64,000 nt of DNA from Frankiales bacterium (lineage in GTDB: Bacteria > Actinomycetota > Actinomycetes > Mycobacteriales > SCTD01), in contig JAOPVP010000043.1 in the NCBI GenBank assembly GCA_025966135.1, forward strand, positions 18,904 to 82,903, given 5' to 3'. A program made the translations under genes and the position numbers. The notes under the pieces were generated by a model. That model ran no database searches, was not told the DNA's origin, and saw nothing but the letters and a program-made list of their open reading frames with translations. Positions 8,933 to 18,714 of this stretch are shown piece after piece. Positions within the stretch are counted from its first letter, which is position 1, and each line of letters starts with the position of its first letter.

Positions 8933-9670
8933 CTAGGACACCAGGTGCCGGCCTGCCTGACCTCGTTCCCGTGCGCGGTGTGGCGGATGGGCGATGCCGA
9001 CGCCTTCCCGGAGCGCGATGCTGACCGCCTCGAGGCTGGTGTGGACCTCCAGCTTGACGAGCAGGTGCTGGATGTGGGTGCGGACGGTGTTCACGGACAG
9101 GCACAGACACGTCGCGATCTCTGACCGCGGCATCCCCTCCGCCATCGCGGCCAGGACCTGCCGCTCGCGGAAGGTCAAGCTGTTGAGCCTCCCCATAGCG
9201 GCGCTCTCAGCCTCGCGGGAGAGCTGACGCACGACGTGGCCGAGCAGCGCTCGAGGCAGCCACCACTGCCCCGCGCCCACACCCGTCACCACGCGCGAGA
9301 GCCACTCCACCGAAGCGGTCTTCGGCACCCACCCCATCGCGCCGGCCTGGATGAGCACTGCCAGGTCCTCGATCGCCTCGGTCTCGGACATGACGACCAC
9401 CCCGATGCCCGGGTGCTCCCGCGCCACCTGTCGCAAGAAGCCGACCTGCCAGGTGCCGGGCTCAGCACCGACGATGAGGACCTTGGGGGTCTGTTGCTCG
9501 ATGACGTGCAAGGCCTCGAGGGCGCTCGACGCAGCGCGGGTAGATCCGATGGTCGGCTCGACCAACAACCGCAGCGCGAGCCCCTCTGCCATGGCTGGTT
9601 CGGGGTCGACCACCATGATTCCCAAGCGTTCGTGGTCAGGCTCCGGAGGTGGATCGGTACCTGCCCCCAT
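8933..9670 (-). CDS. LuxR/NarL-family response regulator with degenerate (pseudo-)receiver domain
   Basis: C-terminal LuxR HTH (FRERQVLAAMAEGMPRSEIATCLCLSVNTVRTHIQHLLVKL). Receiver-like N-terminus has VVDPEP and LIVGAEPG where the DD pair and phospho-Asp are expected. ATG 9670 overlaps the upstream stop (TGATG). Confidence 0.75.
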   Translation of the reverse strand: MGAGTDPPPEPDHERLGIMVVDPEPAMAEGLALRLLVEPTIGSTRAASSALEALHVIEQQTPKVLIVGAEPGTWQVGFLRQVAREHPGIGVVVMSETEAIEDLAVLIQAGAMGWVPKTASVEWLSRVVTGVGAGQWWLPRALLGHVVRQLSREAESAAMGRLNSLTFRERQVLAAMAEGMPRSEIATCLCLSVNTVRTHIQHLLVKLEVHTSLEAVSIALREGVGIAHPPHRARERGQAGRHLVS

Positions 9671-10323
9671 CAGGAGCACCTCGACGCGTCCGGCAGCACG
9701 AGTGAGTGCTGGGCTGCGTACGCGACGGCCTCCACCCGTGAGTGCACTCCCAACTTCTCCAGGACGGACTGGACGTAGCTCCGTGCTGTCGAGGTCGTGA
9801 TGTGCATCTCCTGGACGATGCTCTCCGTGGATCGTGCTTCGACCAGCAGGTCGAACGCCTGGCGCTCTCGGGCCGTCAGGAACCGCAGGTGCAGGCCATC
9901 GCCCACCCGTCGCGACACCCGATTGGGCGAGGTCGCCGCGGTGGGACTGGCGTCGGGAACCCACTGCGGGACGGAGGCGTGCACGGCTGCAACCAGGTCG
10001 GCCAGCGGGCCGGCGCGCACGACGATCTGGTCTGCGCCTGCCTCGATCGCCTGCCGTTCCAGCAGGTCGTCCCTGCTGGCGGTCAGGCAGACGATCCGGC
10101 ACTGCGGCTGATCCCGTCGCACGTGACAGATAGCGTCGAGGCCGGGGAGCGGCGTCGAGCGCAGGCTCATCACCAAGGTGGCGAGGCGCATTACCGAGGC
10201 GGCAAGAACTGCCTGTTCGGGCTGCGCCACCAGGTCCACCGCATCCGGGCTGTCCCGTTGGAGTGCGGCAGCCAGCGCCTCTGCGAAGAGGCGCTGCTCA
10301 TCACAGACCAGCGTGAACGTCAT
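9670..10323 (-). CDS. LuxR/NarL-family response regulator with degenerate (pseudo-)receiver domain
   Basis: LuxR HTH (LTARERQAFDLLVEARSTESIVQEMHITTSTARSYVQSVLEKL). Receiver has LVCDEQ and LVMSLRS (Ser at the phospho-Asp position) and Arg in place of the conserved Lys. The longer ORF to 11415 looks like an artifact. Confidence 0.75.
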   Translation of the reverse strand: MTFTLVCDEQRLFAEALAAALQRDSPDAVDLVAQPEQAVLAASVMRLATLVMSLRSTPLPGLDAICHVRRDQPQCRIVCLTASRDDLLERQAIEAGADQIVVRAGPLADLVAAVHASVPQWVPDASPTAATSPNRVSRRVGDGLHLRFLTARERQAFDLLVEARSTESIVQEMHITTSTARSYVQSVLEKLGVHSRVEAVAYAAQHSLVLPDASRCS

Positions 10324-10449
10324 GGTTTCCCCTGCCCGATCGGGTCCCGTTTCGTTGTGGTGAGCCGGGAGCCGCGGGCGTGATACATCCGCGCCGAACG
10401 GCGACGTAGTGCCTTTGCATGGTCCGGGGGGTCGTGGCTGGGTGCCATC

Positions 10450-11505
10450 GTGCAGCGGCTGAGGCAACACACGGAGGTGCGGATGGCGAGTGCGGACGGA
10501 TCCCGGGTATCGGTCATCATGCCTGTGCGACAGGAGGGTGCGGGTCTCCCGGACGTCCTCGCGGCCGTGACCTCGCAGGACTGCGTGCTCCTCGACCGGA
10601 TCGTCGTCGCCTTGGGTCCCAGCGAGGATGGCACCGCTGAGCTGGTCGACGAGTGGGCTCGGCGCGACGCCCGCGTGCTCGTCCTGCCCAATCCCGAGGG
10701 CATCGTCAGCACCGGCCTCAACCGGGCCGTTCAGGCAGTCAACAGCCGGTACGTCGTACGCATCGACGGGCACTGCCTGGTCCCGCGTGACTACGTCAGC
10801 TGCTTGCTGTCCTCGGCGGCGAGGACGGGAGCCGCGTGCGTCGGGCCACGGCTGCGCACCATCGGCGCCACCACTACCCAGCGGGCGATCGCTGCGGCCA
10901 TGAGCTCGGGCTTCGGGGTCGGTGGCTCGCGGTTCCGCACCAGCTCGCGGTCCGGCTACGTCGACACCGTGGCATTCGGGTTGTACGAACGAGACCGCCT
11001 GCTGCAACTGGGGGGCTTTCGCCCGGAGCTCGTCCGCAACCAGGACGACGAGCTCAACGCCCGGTTGCGGCGGGCAGGCGGCACGGTCTACCTCGACGCC
11101 GACGTCTGCGTGGACTACTACCCGCGTGGCTCCCTGCGCGGGCTCTGGAGGCAGTACTTCGAGTACGGCTACTGGCGCACGATCACTGCTCGCGCCTTCG
11201 GCGACCAGCTCAGGATCAGACAGCTGGTACCGGGACTGTTCGTCGTCGGTCTCACGGCCAGCATCGTGCTGGCAGCTCTCGGGCGGCCGTTGCTGCTGGC
11301 GGCGGGCCTGTCTGCCTACAGCCTGGTGCTCGGCCTGCTGATCCTGCAGACCGCACGGCGGACGTCGGACGTCCGGGTGGCCCTGCTGAGCGCGCCGGCA
11401 GCCGTGGTGCTCCACCTCTCCTACGGCTGCGGGCTGTGGCGTTCGCTGTTGCGTCCCAACGTCCTCCGACCTGGGCGGCTACGCGAAGAGCTGGCGAGCA
11501 CATGA
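10450..11505 (+). CDS. Glycosyltransferase family 2 (ExoA-like) with C-terminal membrane spans
   Basis: VSVIMPVRQE, RIDGHC and NQDDELN motifs; hydrophobic C-terminus; start could be ATG 10483. Confidence 0.85.
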   Translation: MQRLRQHTEVRMASADGSRVSVIMPVRQEGAGLPDVLAAVTSQDCVLLDRIVVALGPSEDGTAELVDEWARRDARVLVLPNPEGIVSTGLNRAVQAVNSRYVVRIDGHCLVPRDYVSCLLSSAARTGAACVGPRLRTIGATTTQRAIAAAMSSGFGVGGSRFRTSSRSGYVDTVAFGLYERDRLLQLGGFRPELVRNQDDELNARLRRAGGTVYLDADVCVDYYPRGSLRGLWRQYFEYGYWRTITARAFGDQLRIRQLVPGLFVVGLTASIVLAALGRPLLLAAGLSAYSLVLGLLILQTARRTSDVRVALLSAPAAVVLHLSYGCGLWRSLLRPNVLRPGRLREELAST

Positions 11506-12908
11506 GTATCGGGCTCTCGACCAACGGAGGAGGTACGCCGTCTCGTCTCTCCTCGCATCGCTCACGACTCGATTGGCTGGTGTTGCTCGTGCCGCTGATC
11601 GCCGTACCCGCTGTGTGTGTGGCGGTGCTGGTGTTGGCGGCTGCCCGGGAGCCGGTGGAGCAGCTGGCAATCGCGTTCTTGGCGGCTGCAGCCGTGGTGA
11701 TGCTGCTGGCCCCGCGCGGAGTGGTCTCTGCGCGGACCTGGGTGGTCGGGTATCTCGTCGTGCAGTTCCCGATCCGCGGCCTGTTCCTGCTCACCGCACC
11801 GAAGGAGCGACCGCCCATCTACGCCGAGTTCTCGCCGGGGGTGGGCCTGGAGGGCGCCCTCGGCCAGGCGCTCCTGCAGTCGCTCATCGGCCTGGGGGTG
11901 CTCACAGCGGCGTACCTGCTCGCGCTCCCGCGCGGCGTCGCCTCGAGGCCCGTCATCTCCGCGGCCGGCATCAGGACCTGGCGTGTGCTCGTCCTGCTGG
12001 GGGTGGCTGGGCTGCTCCTGCCCTTGGAGATCCACAGCGCCGGTGGCGGCTTCGCGGTCGGCGGCGGCTTCATGCTCAGTCTTCCTGGCTTGATGGCATC
12101 AGGTGCGGCAGCCGCGGTCTGCTATGCCTTCGTGCAGGCCCCTCGGCAGCACCTGATCACGCTCGTTCCGGCTCTGGCCTACACCGCGGCGCGCGTCAGC
12201 CTGCTGGGATCGAAGATGGCCGTCCTGGCGTGTGTGGTGGCGTTCGTGATCGGGCTGACGGGTCGGGCGCAGACCCGGCGTCCGGGGCGCTCACATGCCT
12301 TCGCTGGGCTGGCCGTCATCCTCGTAGGTGGGCTGGTCGGCACCTACATCTTCGCCCTGGCGAGCGGTGGGAACCGCAAGCAGGGGGTCGTCGACTCGGT
12401 GTCAGGGGGCGTGTCGGCGGCCATTTCCCGCAGCTACGGCGTCGACGCCCTGATGGCGTCGAACGCGCATCTCGAGGCGGGTGCGGCGCAGCTGCACGGC
12501 AGCACGTTCGTCGAGCTCGCCTACTCCTGGGTGCCGCGCGCCCTGTGGCCCGAGAAGCCGAAGTCGTTCTCCATCCGGTTCGGGGAGGACGTGTTCTCGT
12601 TCTCGCCGAGTGCGGGGAAGGAGTTCTTCGCACCGAGCTATTCGGGGGAGTGGGTGCTCAACTTCGGCACGATCGGGCTCCTGGTCGGCTGGATGCTGTT
12701 CGGGCTGGCTCTTGGCCGAGTCGATGCGATTCCGTCCCTGGCGCACCGGACCCTCTGGCTGGTCTCCATGGTCCACCTCGTGGAGGGCTCCTTAGTGGCG
12801 CAGTTCTGGCTGGCCGCCCCCTTCGTTGCGGGCGGCTACTGGGTTCTGCGGCGACAGCAACGCGCAAGCGGTCCCGTGCCCGCGCGCCATGTGCCCCGGG
12901 TGAACTGA
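11502..12908 (+). CDS. Polytopic membrane protein, oligosaccharide repeat-unit polymerase (Wzy)-like
   Basis: ATGA overlap with the GT2 stop; about 468 aa, more than 10 hydrophobic spans, no soluble domain. The 5-prime part of ORF 10836-12908 overlaps the GT2 gene and is discarded. Confidence 0.65.
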   Translation: MSIGLSTNGGGTPSRLSSHRSRLDWLVLLVPLIAVPAVCVAVLVLAAAREPVEQLAIAFLAAAAVVMLLAPRGVVSARTWVVGYLVVQFPIRGLFLLTAPKERPPIYAEFSPGVGLEGALGQALLQSLIGLGVLTAAYLLALPRGVASRPVISAAGIRTWRVLVLLGVAGLLLPLEIHSAGGGFAVGGGFMLSLPGLMASGAAAAVCYAFVQAPRQHLITLVPALAYTAARVSLLGSKMAVLACVVAFVIGLTGRAQTRRPGRSHAFAGLAVILVGGLVGTYIFALASGGNRKQGVVDSVSGGVSAAISRSYGVDALMASNAHLEAGAAQLHGSTFVELAYSWVPRALWPEKPKSFSIRFGEDVFSFSPSAGKEFFAPSYSGEWVLNFGTIGLLVGWMLFGLALGRVDAIPSLAHRTLWLVSMVHLVEGSLVAQFWLAAPFVAGGYWVLRRQQRASGPVPARHVPRVN

Positions 12909-12921
12909 CCCCAGAGCGTGC

Positions 12922-14187
12922 TCACAGGGCCTCGACGTTGTCGCCCTTCATGCGGTTGCGGGTGTCGAAGACGTACCGCGCATGGGCAGTGATGAGGTCG
13001 TAGTCGAAGCAGTCGTGATCGGTCACCAGGATCACGGCGTGTGCCGCACGAACCTCGTCGGCGGTCAGCTCCACGCGGGTCACGCCGTCCGAGACCTGCT
13101 GCTCGCGGACGTGCGGGTCGCAGGCGTGGACCTCGGCCCCGAGGCTGAGCAGGCGTTCGGCGATGACGGCGCCAGGCGCCTGGCGGGCGTCCCCGGTGTT
13201 GCGCTTGTAGGACAGCCCCAGCAACAGCACCCGGGCCCCGTTGAGCGCAGTGCGCCGCCTGTTCAAGCCCAGCATCACTCGGCGCACGACATGATCCGGC
13301 ATGTGGTCGTTGACGTCGTTCGCCAACTCCACGAACCGGAAGCTCTGGCCCAACGTACGCCGGACGCTCCACGACAGGTAGCACGGGTCGATCGGGAGGC
13401 AGTGCCCGCCGACCCCCGGTCCGGGGGTGAACGGCATGTACCCGAACGGCTTGGTCGAGGCCGCATCGATGGCTGCCCACACGTCGATCCCGAGATCGGC
13501 TGCGAACATCGCGAGCTCGTTCACCAGGGCGATGTTCACATGGCGGAAGGTGTTCTCGATGAGCTTGGCGAGCTCCGCCTCACGTGGGGAGGGGACCGCG
13601 ACGGTGCGGCAGACCAGGAGGTCGTAGAACTGACGCACCTGCTCGAGCGAGTGGTGGTCGACGCCGGAGATGATCTTCGGGGTGTTCTCGAGCCGCCACG
13701 TGGGATTACCAGGATCGATGCGCTCGGGGCTGTAACCGAGCGAGAAGTCCAGACCGGGGCGGAGCCCGCTACCTGCCTGAAGGATCGGTCCGACGACCTC
13801 CTCGGTCGTGCCCGGGTAGCTGGTGGACTCGAGTACGACGAGGGCGCCCGGTCGAAGGTGCCGGGACAGCGTCTCGGCGGCGGCCTCGACGTACGACAGG
13901 TCTGGCGCCCCATCCGCGAGCGGCGTGGGGACCGTCACCACGGCGACGTCGAACCCGGCGCACACGTCCGGGCTGGTCGAGGCTCTCAGGCGGCCGGTCG
14001 CGAGGCAGGAGTCGAGCAGCTCATCGCTGATGTCCTCGATGTAGGAGTGACCTGCGCACAGCGCGTCCACGCGCGCACCGGAGACGTCGTAACCCGCGAC
14101 CCGCCGGCCGGTCTGCACCGCGCGGACCGCAAGGGGAAGCCCGACGTAGCCGAGACCGACCACCACCACCTTGTCCTGTGTGCTCAT
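12922..14187 (-). CDS. Nucleotide-sugar 6-dehydrogenase (UDP-GlcNAc/UDP-ManNAc dehydrogenase type; WbpA/TviB/WecC family)
   Basis: VVVVGLGYVGLPLA Rossmann motif and GPGVGGHCLPIDP catalytic-Cys motif; ATGA overlap with the upstream PAP2 gene. Confidence 0.9.
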   Translation of the reverse strand: MSTQDKVVVVGLGYVGLPLAVRAVQTGRRVAGYDVSGARVDALCAGHSYIEDISDELLDSCLATGRLRASTSPDVCAGFDVAVVTVPTPLADGAPDLSYVEAAAETLSRHLRPGALVVLESTSYPGTTEEVVGPILQAGSGLRPGLDFSLGYSPERIDPGNPTWRLENTPKIISGVDHHSLEQVRQFYDLLVCRTVAVPSPREAELAKLIENTFRHVNIALVNELAMFAADLGIDVWAAIDAASTKPFGYMPFTPGPGVGGHCLPIDPCYLSWSVRRTLGQSFRFVELANDVNDHMPDHVVRRVMLGLNRRRTALNGARVLLLGLSYKRNTGDARQAPGAVIAERLLSLGAEVHACDPHVREQQVSDGVTRVELTADEVRAAHAVILVTDHDCFDYDLITAHARYVFDTRNRMKGDNVEAL

Positions 14188-14789
14188 GGCGACTGCGCCC
14201 TCTCGGTTCGGCGGCTGGGAGTGGTCCAGACGAGCAGCAGCAGCAGGCCCAACATCCACCCGGCGACGACATCGGTCAGCCAGTGCTGGTGGAGGAGCAG
14301 GATGGCCGCGCTCTCGACCGCTGAGACGGAGCCGCCCAGCACGAGAGCCTTGCCACGACCACCGGGGCTGCCGTCCGGTGCCACGGCCCACAGCGCCATG
14401 CCCGACACCACGAGCACGGAGATGACGTGCCCCGACGGGTAGGCACCCTGCCCGGGCTCGAGCTCCCCAGGCATGGTGTACGAGCCCGTCCGGTCGAGCG
14501 CCAGCTTCAGCACCCGGACCAGAACCGCGCTCGCCAGGCAGCCGCCCACGAGGCGCACGAGGTGGCCCAGCGGGCGTGCCAGCAGCACGCACAGCACCCC
14601 GGCGACCGATGCGGTGAAGACCATGACGTCGGCGTCACCGGCCCGCACGAGGGCGAGGAGCACCCGGTCTGGCACTCGCCAGTCGTGAGCAGCGATGAGC
14701 CTGCGGAAGGGCTCGTCCACGAGACGGTCCGCCAGGCCGGTGACGACCGCGGCCGTGACCACGACCATTCCGGCGGCCAGCAGCAGCAT
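14184..14789 (-). CDS. PAP2-family membrane phosphatase
   Basis: KLALDRTG, PSGH and HQHWLTDV correspond to the three PAP2 motifs; membrane spans; start uncertain (ATG 14789 chosen). Confidence 0.7.
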   Translation of the reverse strand: MLLLAAGMVVVTAAVVTGLADRLVDEPFRRLIAAHDWRVPDRVLLALVRAGDADVMVFTASVAGVLCVLLARPLGHLVRLVGGCLASAVLVRVLKLALDRTGSYTMPGELEPGQGAYPSGHVISVLVVSGMALWAVAPDGSPGGRGKALVLGGSVSAVESAAILLLHQHWLTDVVAGWMLGLLLLLVWTTPSRRTERAQSP

Positions 14790-14844
14790 GGCCAGCCTGG
14801 TGATCGAGCGCGCGGCCGCACGTGCTCGGTAGCTCGACGGTGGC

Positions 14845-15885
14845 TCACGCAAGGTCCGGCCACCGCCAATCGGGCCGGTCCCCTGCAGCCAGAGCGCGCA
14901 CCCGTCGCTGCCACGCGGAGAGTGCGAAGCCGGCGGCGAACCGTGCTGCAGCCTGACGTGCGTGATCCGTCGAGGTAAGCGCTGCGACTGCCTCTGCGAT
15001 GTCCTGTGTGCTCGCCTCGGGGGGAAGCACGATGCCGCTGCGTCCGTCTGCGACGCCGTAGCGGCTGCCGCCACAGTCGACCACGACAGCTGGGCAGCCA
15101 CGCGCCGCAGCCTCGAGCACCACCAGCCCGAGGCCTTCGTACTCGCCGGCTTCGGCGCGTGGAAGGAACAGCAGGGCATCGGCATCGGCGTACAGCTGAT
15201 CCTTGACGAGGTCCGTGACGGTGCCGTGGACGTGGATGGTGAGACCCGTGCAGGACGCGGCGGCGGCGAGCTCTTCCAGCCGCGAGATGTCTGGTCCTGG
15301 CCCGACCACGTCGAGTCGGACGGCCGCAGAGTCGGCCAGGAGGCGCGCCACCTCGATGGCACGGTCGTGACCCTTGCGGGCTACCGCCCTGCCGACCGAG
15401 AGCAACCGGAGGCCGCCGCTCCCTGGTGCCCGAGGATCGCGGCCATAGGCATGGGCGGCCGCATGGTCGGCAGCGGGCACGGGCGGGCCGACGAGCTGCA
15501 CGCGTTCCCGCAAGTGGGGCGGGAGCAGCTGCAGGGCCAGCGGGCTCACTGCGAGCAGCTGGTCTGTACCGTTCAGGACCCGGGAGCGCAGATACGTGTG
15601 GACGCGGCCGCTGTCACGTGTCAGCTCGGCACCGTGGAGCCAGAGCAGACCACGGTCGAGCACGCCTGGGTGCCGGAGCATGGCCGCGGCTTCGGTCTTC
15701 CACGTGAGGGCCATCCACCGTCCGCGGGGCCGCGCGGAACCCGCGATGCCGTGCAGCCCGACGTGCAGACGTGAGCAGCCGTCTCCGTCGGACAGGGCGG
15801 TGTACACCTGTCGTGCGACCATCTCGACGCCCCCGATCGACGCCGACGGCGTGAACACCGGGATGGGCGGCGAGCTACTGCTCAT
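14845..15885 (-). CDS. Glycosyltransferase family 4 (GT-B fold)
   Basis: EYEGLGLVVLEAAARGCPAVV C-terminal GT1/GT4 motif. Confidence 0.8.
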   Translation of the reverse strand: MSSSSPPIPVFTPSASIGGVEMVARQVYTALSDGDGCSRLHVGLHGIAGSARPRGRWMALTWKTEAAAMLRHPGVLDRGLLWLHGAELTRDSGRVHTYLRSRVLNGTDQLLAVSPLALQLLPPHLRERVQLVGPPVPAADHAAAHAYGRDPRAPGSGGLRLLSVGRAVARKGHDRAIEVARLLADSAAVRLDVVGPGPDISRLEELAAAASCTGLTIHVHGTVTDLVKDQLYADADALLFLPRAEAGEYEGLGLVVLEAAARGCPAVVVDCGGSRYGVADGRSGIVLPPEASTQDIAEAVAALTSTDHARQAAARFAAGFALSAWQRRVRALAAGDRPDWRWPDLA

Positions 15886-15898
15886 GCGAACGGGCTGG

Positions 15899-16714
15899 TC
15901 ATTCGTGGACGCGCTTCCTGACGGCCATCAGCGGCCAGGCCGGGCTCAGCCCGTTCCGTCGTACGGCGAAGGGCGAGTCACCGGGTGACATCCGACCCGG
16001 CAGTGCGCTGGCGCAGCTGCGGTAACCCGCCTCCATCACCACCTGCAGGTCGCGATCGGTGTAGTCGACGTCGGGCAGTCCGAAGGGGGCCGAGAAGTCC
16101 AGGACCGGCACGCCGAGTCGGCCTTCGAGCTCGTCCTTGGAGTCGAGTACCTCTCGCCGGGCCGCGCCGGCGCTGAGCAGAGCCAACCTGGCGTGCGTGA
16201 TGGTGTGGGACCCGATGTGCATGCCGGCCTCCAGCAAGCACGTGCAGTCGCGCCACGTGATCTGCTCCTGGCTTTCCCCGGTGACGACCTTGTTCGTGGT
16301 GATGAAGAACGTCGCAGGCACCTTCAGCTCGGCCAGCAGTGGTAGGACGGTGCTCGTCCACTCCTTGTGCCCGTCGTCGAACGACAGGCAGAACCGCGGA
16401 CCCGACAGCGGCACGTCGGAGGCGAGTGCGGACAGACCCTGTTCCCAGGTCAGGAAGTCACCACGGGCCTGCATGGCTGTCAGCTGCTTGCGGAGGCCGT
16501 TCGCGTGATTGTCCGGAACGCCGTGATAGAGCAGGAAGTAGACACCACCGACTGCGTGGGGGAGGCGGCGGGTGAGGCCAAGCGGAGCCAGGACGTACCC
16601 CTGCAACCGTGGTCGGGCTCGCAGCCAGGCTCGGGGACGGGGGAGCACGCCGCCTGCCATAAACGCGCTGGGGCCGTGCCAGTCGTGATCAGCGCTCTCA
16701 GATGCGGTGGACAT
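15899..16714 (-). CDS. Polysaccharide deacetylase (NodB homology domain)
   Basis: LSFDDGHKEW, ATFFITT and GSHTITH motifs. ATG 16714 chosen; the upstream extension to 17056 is Arg/Cys-rich junk. Confidence 0.85.
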   Translation of the reverse strand: MSTASESADHDWHGPSAFMAGGVLPRPRAWLRARPRLQGYVLAPLGLTRRLPHAVGGVYFLLYHGVPDNHANGLRKQLTAMQARGDFLTWEQGLSALASDVPLSGPRFCLSFDDGHKEWTSTVLPLLAELKVPATFFITTNKVVTGESQEQITWRDCTCLLEAGMHIGSHTITHARLALLSAGAARREVLDSKDELEGRLGVPVLDFSAPFGLPDVDYTDRDLQVVMEAGYRSCASALPGRMSPGDSPFAVRRNGLSPAWPLMAVRKRVHE

Positions 16715-16976
16715 GCGCTGGGTTCGTCCTTGTCTCGCTGGCCTGTCCCGCCGACAGGCTGGGCAATCGTCGCCTCGAGGTATCAGGAACGGATCCCCAA
16801 CGCGACGTAGTGCTACGGCCGCGTGCCTGCATGGCGCAGGGGATCGCCTACCTGGCAGCAGGTTGCGGTTTTGGCGGAGGATGTATTTCGGTGACACGGC
16901 TCCCCCTCTCCTCGGGGAAGGAAGCCGTTGGTCGAGCGTCTGGGGCGCTCGGCGGCACCGTCGTACGAGGAGTGAC

Positions 16977-17672
16977 ATGGCGTCAGGGGACGGGGCCCGC
17001 ATCTTGCAGAGGCACACGCTGGTCGTGCTGGCGTGCATCGCTGCAGGAGCCATCACGGCGCTGGTGGTCTCCTCCCAGACGTCACGGACCTACCAGTCCG
17101 AGGCCCAGGTCTTCGTCTCAGCGGGACACACTGCCAACGCCGGCGGCGCGCTCGACCGCGCCCGCTTTGCGCAGGAGCGCATCAAGTCCTACATCCCGCT
17201 CGTCACCAATCCAGCGGTGATGACCGCGGTGGCCAAGGACCTGAAGCTGCGCACGGCACCCGACCGCCTCGCGGAGCAGATCACGGCGAGCTCGCCCCCC
17301 GACACCGTCCTACTGCGGATCATCGCGCGGGATGGCAGTGCGAAGACGGCCCAGAGCCTCGCCAACGCCACCGCGACGCAGTTCTCGAGATACGCCGTCG
17401 CTCTGGAGGGCACGGACGCGGGAGCACCGGCCGTCGAGCTGAGGATCACCAAGCTTGCGGACCAGAGCGGTTCACCGGTGTCCCCGCGGCCGTTGTACAA
17501 CCTCGCGCTGGGGCTCCTCATCGGGGCCGCAGCGGGACTGGCTGTCGCCTCGTTGCGTCAGCGTTGGAGCCCCCTGCCGCGGACCCGTGAGGGGTTCGAG
17601 GAGACGAGCTGGGCACCGCCCACGTTCGTCAGCGCGCCGGAGCCACGTCGTGCGGTGCGCCCGCACCGCTGA
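16977..17672 (+). CDS. Polysaccharide chain-length determinant (Wzz/PCP-type) protein without kinase domain
   Basis: N-terminal TM (LVVLACIAAGAITALVV), then SQTSRTYQSEAQVFVS...PLVTNPAVMTAVAKDLKL, then a C-terminal TM (LALGLLIGAAAGLAVA). Confidence 0.7.
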   Translation: MASGDGARILQRHTLVVLACIAAGAITALVVSSQTSRTYQSEAQVFVSAGHTANAGGALDRARFAQERIKSYIPLVTNPAVMTAVAKDLKLRTAPDRLAEQITASSPPDTVLLRIIARDGSAKTAQSLANATATQFSRYAVALEGTDAGAPAVELRITKLADQSGSPVSPRPLYNLALGLLIGAAAGLAVASLRQRWSPLPRTREGFEETSWAPPTFVSAPEPRRAVRPHR

Positions 17673-17703
17673 GGCCCCACGTCCTTACGAGACTGGAGGT
17701 CGC

Positions 17704-18714
17704 ATGGCCCAGAGCGTTGGCCGAGTGCTCATCGTCGGCCCGTCGAGGGTGGGCGACATGGCCTGGTTCCTGGCCCTTGCCTACCGGCGGCTGCGGTGGC
17801 AGGTCGTGCAGTTCGACGACCGCGCTTTCGTGGGCAGGCGTCTGCCGGGCGTGGCCGGGACGGCGTTGCAGGTCCTGGAACGGGACCACCGCCTGACGGA
17901 CCGGACGCGGCGGCTCGGTCAACTCGTTCTGGCGAGAGCTGGGGACTGCGACCACGTGGTCACGGTCAAGGGTGAGTACTTCCTCCCGGAGGACGTGGCG
18001 GCCATCTCCTCGCGCGTGCCATTCCTCAACTGGCACCCCGACCACCCGGTCCTCGACCAGAGCTTTGCCTGCATCCCGCACTACACGTCCTTCTGCCCCA
18101 AGGACTCCTGGAGCACGCAGCGCCTGCGCAACATGGGTCACCTCAACGTGACGACGCTGCCGCACGCCTCGGACCCGACGCTGCTCGGTGGTCCGCAGCA
18201 GGAGGCAGCCGGGCCCTCGATGTCCGTCGTGGGCGGCATGTACCCCTACCGTCGGCACTGGATCGACCAGGCCAGGGGGCTCGGCCTGAACGTGCGCATC
18301 TGGGGGAACGACGGTGGGGCAGGCGATCCCGCGGTGATCGCCCGCAAGCGACAGGCGCTCGGTGTCGAGCAGGGCCGTGCCTTGCGGGCCGGCTGCTTCA
18401 CCCTGAACACGCACCACCCGCATGATGTCGCCGGTGGCAACCAGCGCCTGTTCGACGCCGCCGCGGCCTGCGCGCCGCAGCTCACCGAGCGCCTGCCCGA
18501 GTCGGTCAGGCACTTCAAGCCCGACACCGAGATCGCGACGTTCGAGGACCGCGATCAGTTCCTGAGCCAGGTGAGGGAGCTGGTTGCGAACCGACGTCTG
18601 CGCGAGAGTCTCGGACGCAACAGCCACGAACGAGTGCGCGAAGAGCACACCTACGAGCACCGGGTGCAGACCATCCTGACGCTGCTGGGACATCCGCTGG
18701 AGACCGCGTGCTGA
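17704..18714 (+). CDS. CgeB-like glycosyltransferase family protein
   Basis: C-terminal pattern NQRLFDAAAACAP.L......V..F.P..EIATFED..QF...V..L..N..LRE.LG.N..ERV..EHTYEHR typical of the CgeB/Glyco_trans_1_2 family. Confidence 0.6.
   Translation: MAQSVGRVLIVGPSRVGDMAWFLALAYRRLRWQVVQFDDRAFVGRRLPGVAGTALQVLERDHRLTDRTRRLGQLVLARAGDCDHVVTVKGEYFLPEDVAAISSRVPFLNWHPDHPVLDQSFACIPHYTSFCPKDSWSTQRLRNMGHLNVTTLPHASDPTLLGGPQQEAAGPSMSVVGGMYPYRRHWIDQARGLGLNVRIWGNDGGAGDPAVIARKRQALGVEQGRALRAGCFTLNTHHPHDVAGGNQRLFDAAAACAPQLTERLPESVRHFKPDTEIATFEDRDQFLSQVRELVANRRLRESLGRNSHERVREEHTYEHRVQTILTLLGHPLETAC

Noticed and set aside
12792-12794. In-frame TTA (Leu) codons in the Wzy-like gene (12792) and the SBP signal peptide (53187) as bldA-type developmental control
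   Set aside because: A TTA codon also occurs in the housekeeping pgl gene (62328-62330, minus strand), so TTA is not restricted to accessory genes here. I also could not scan all genes exhaustively.
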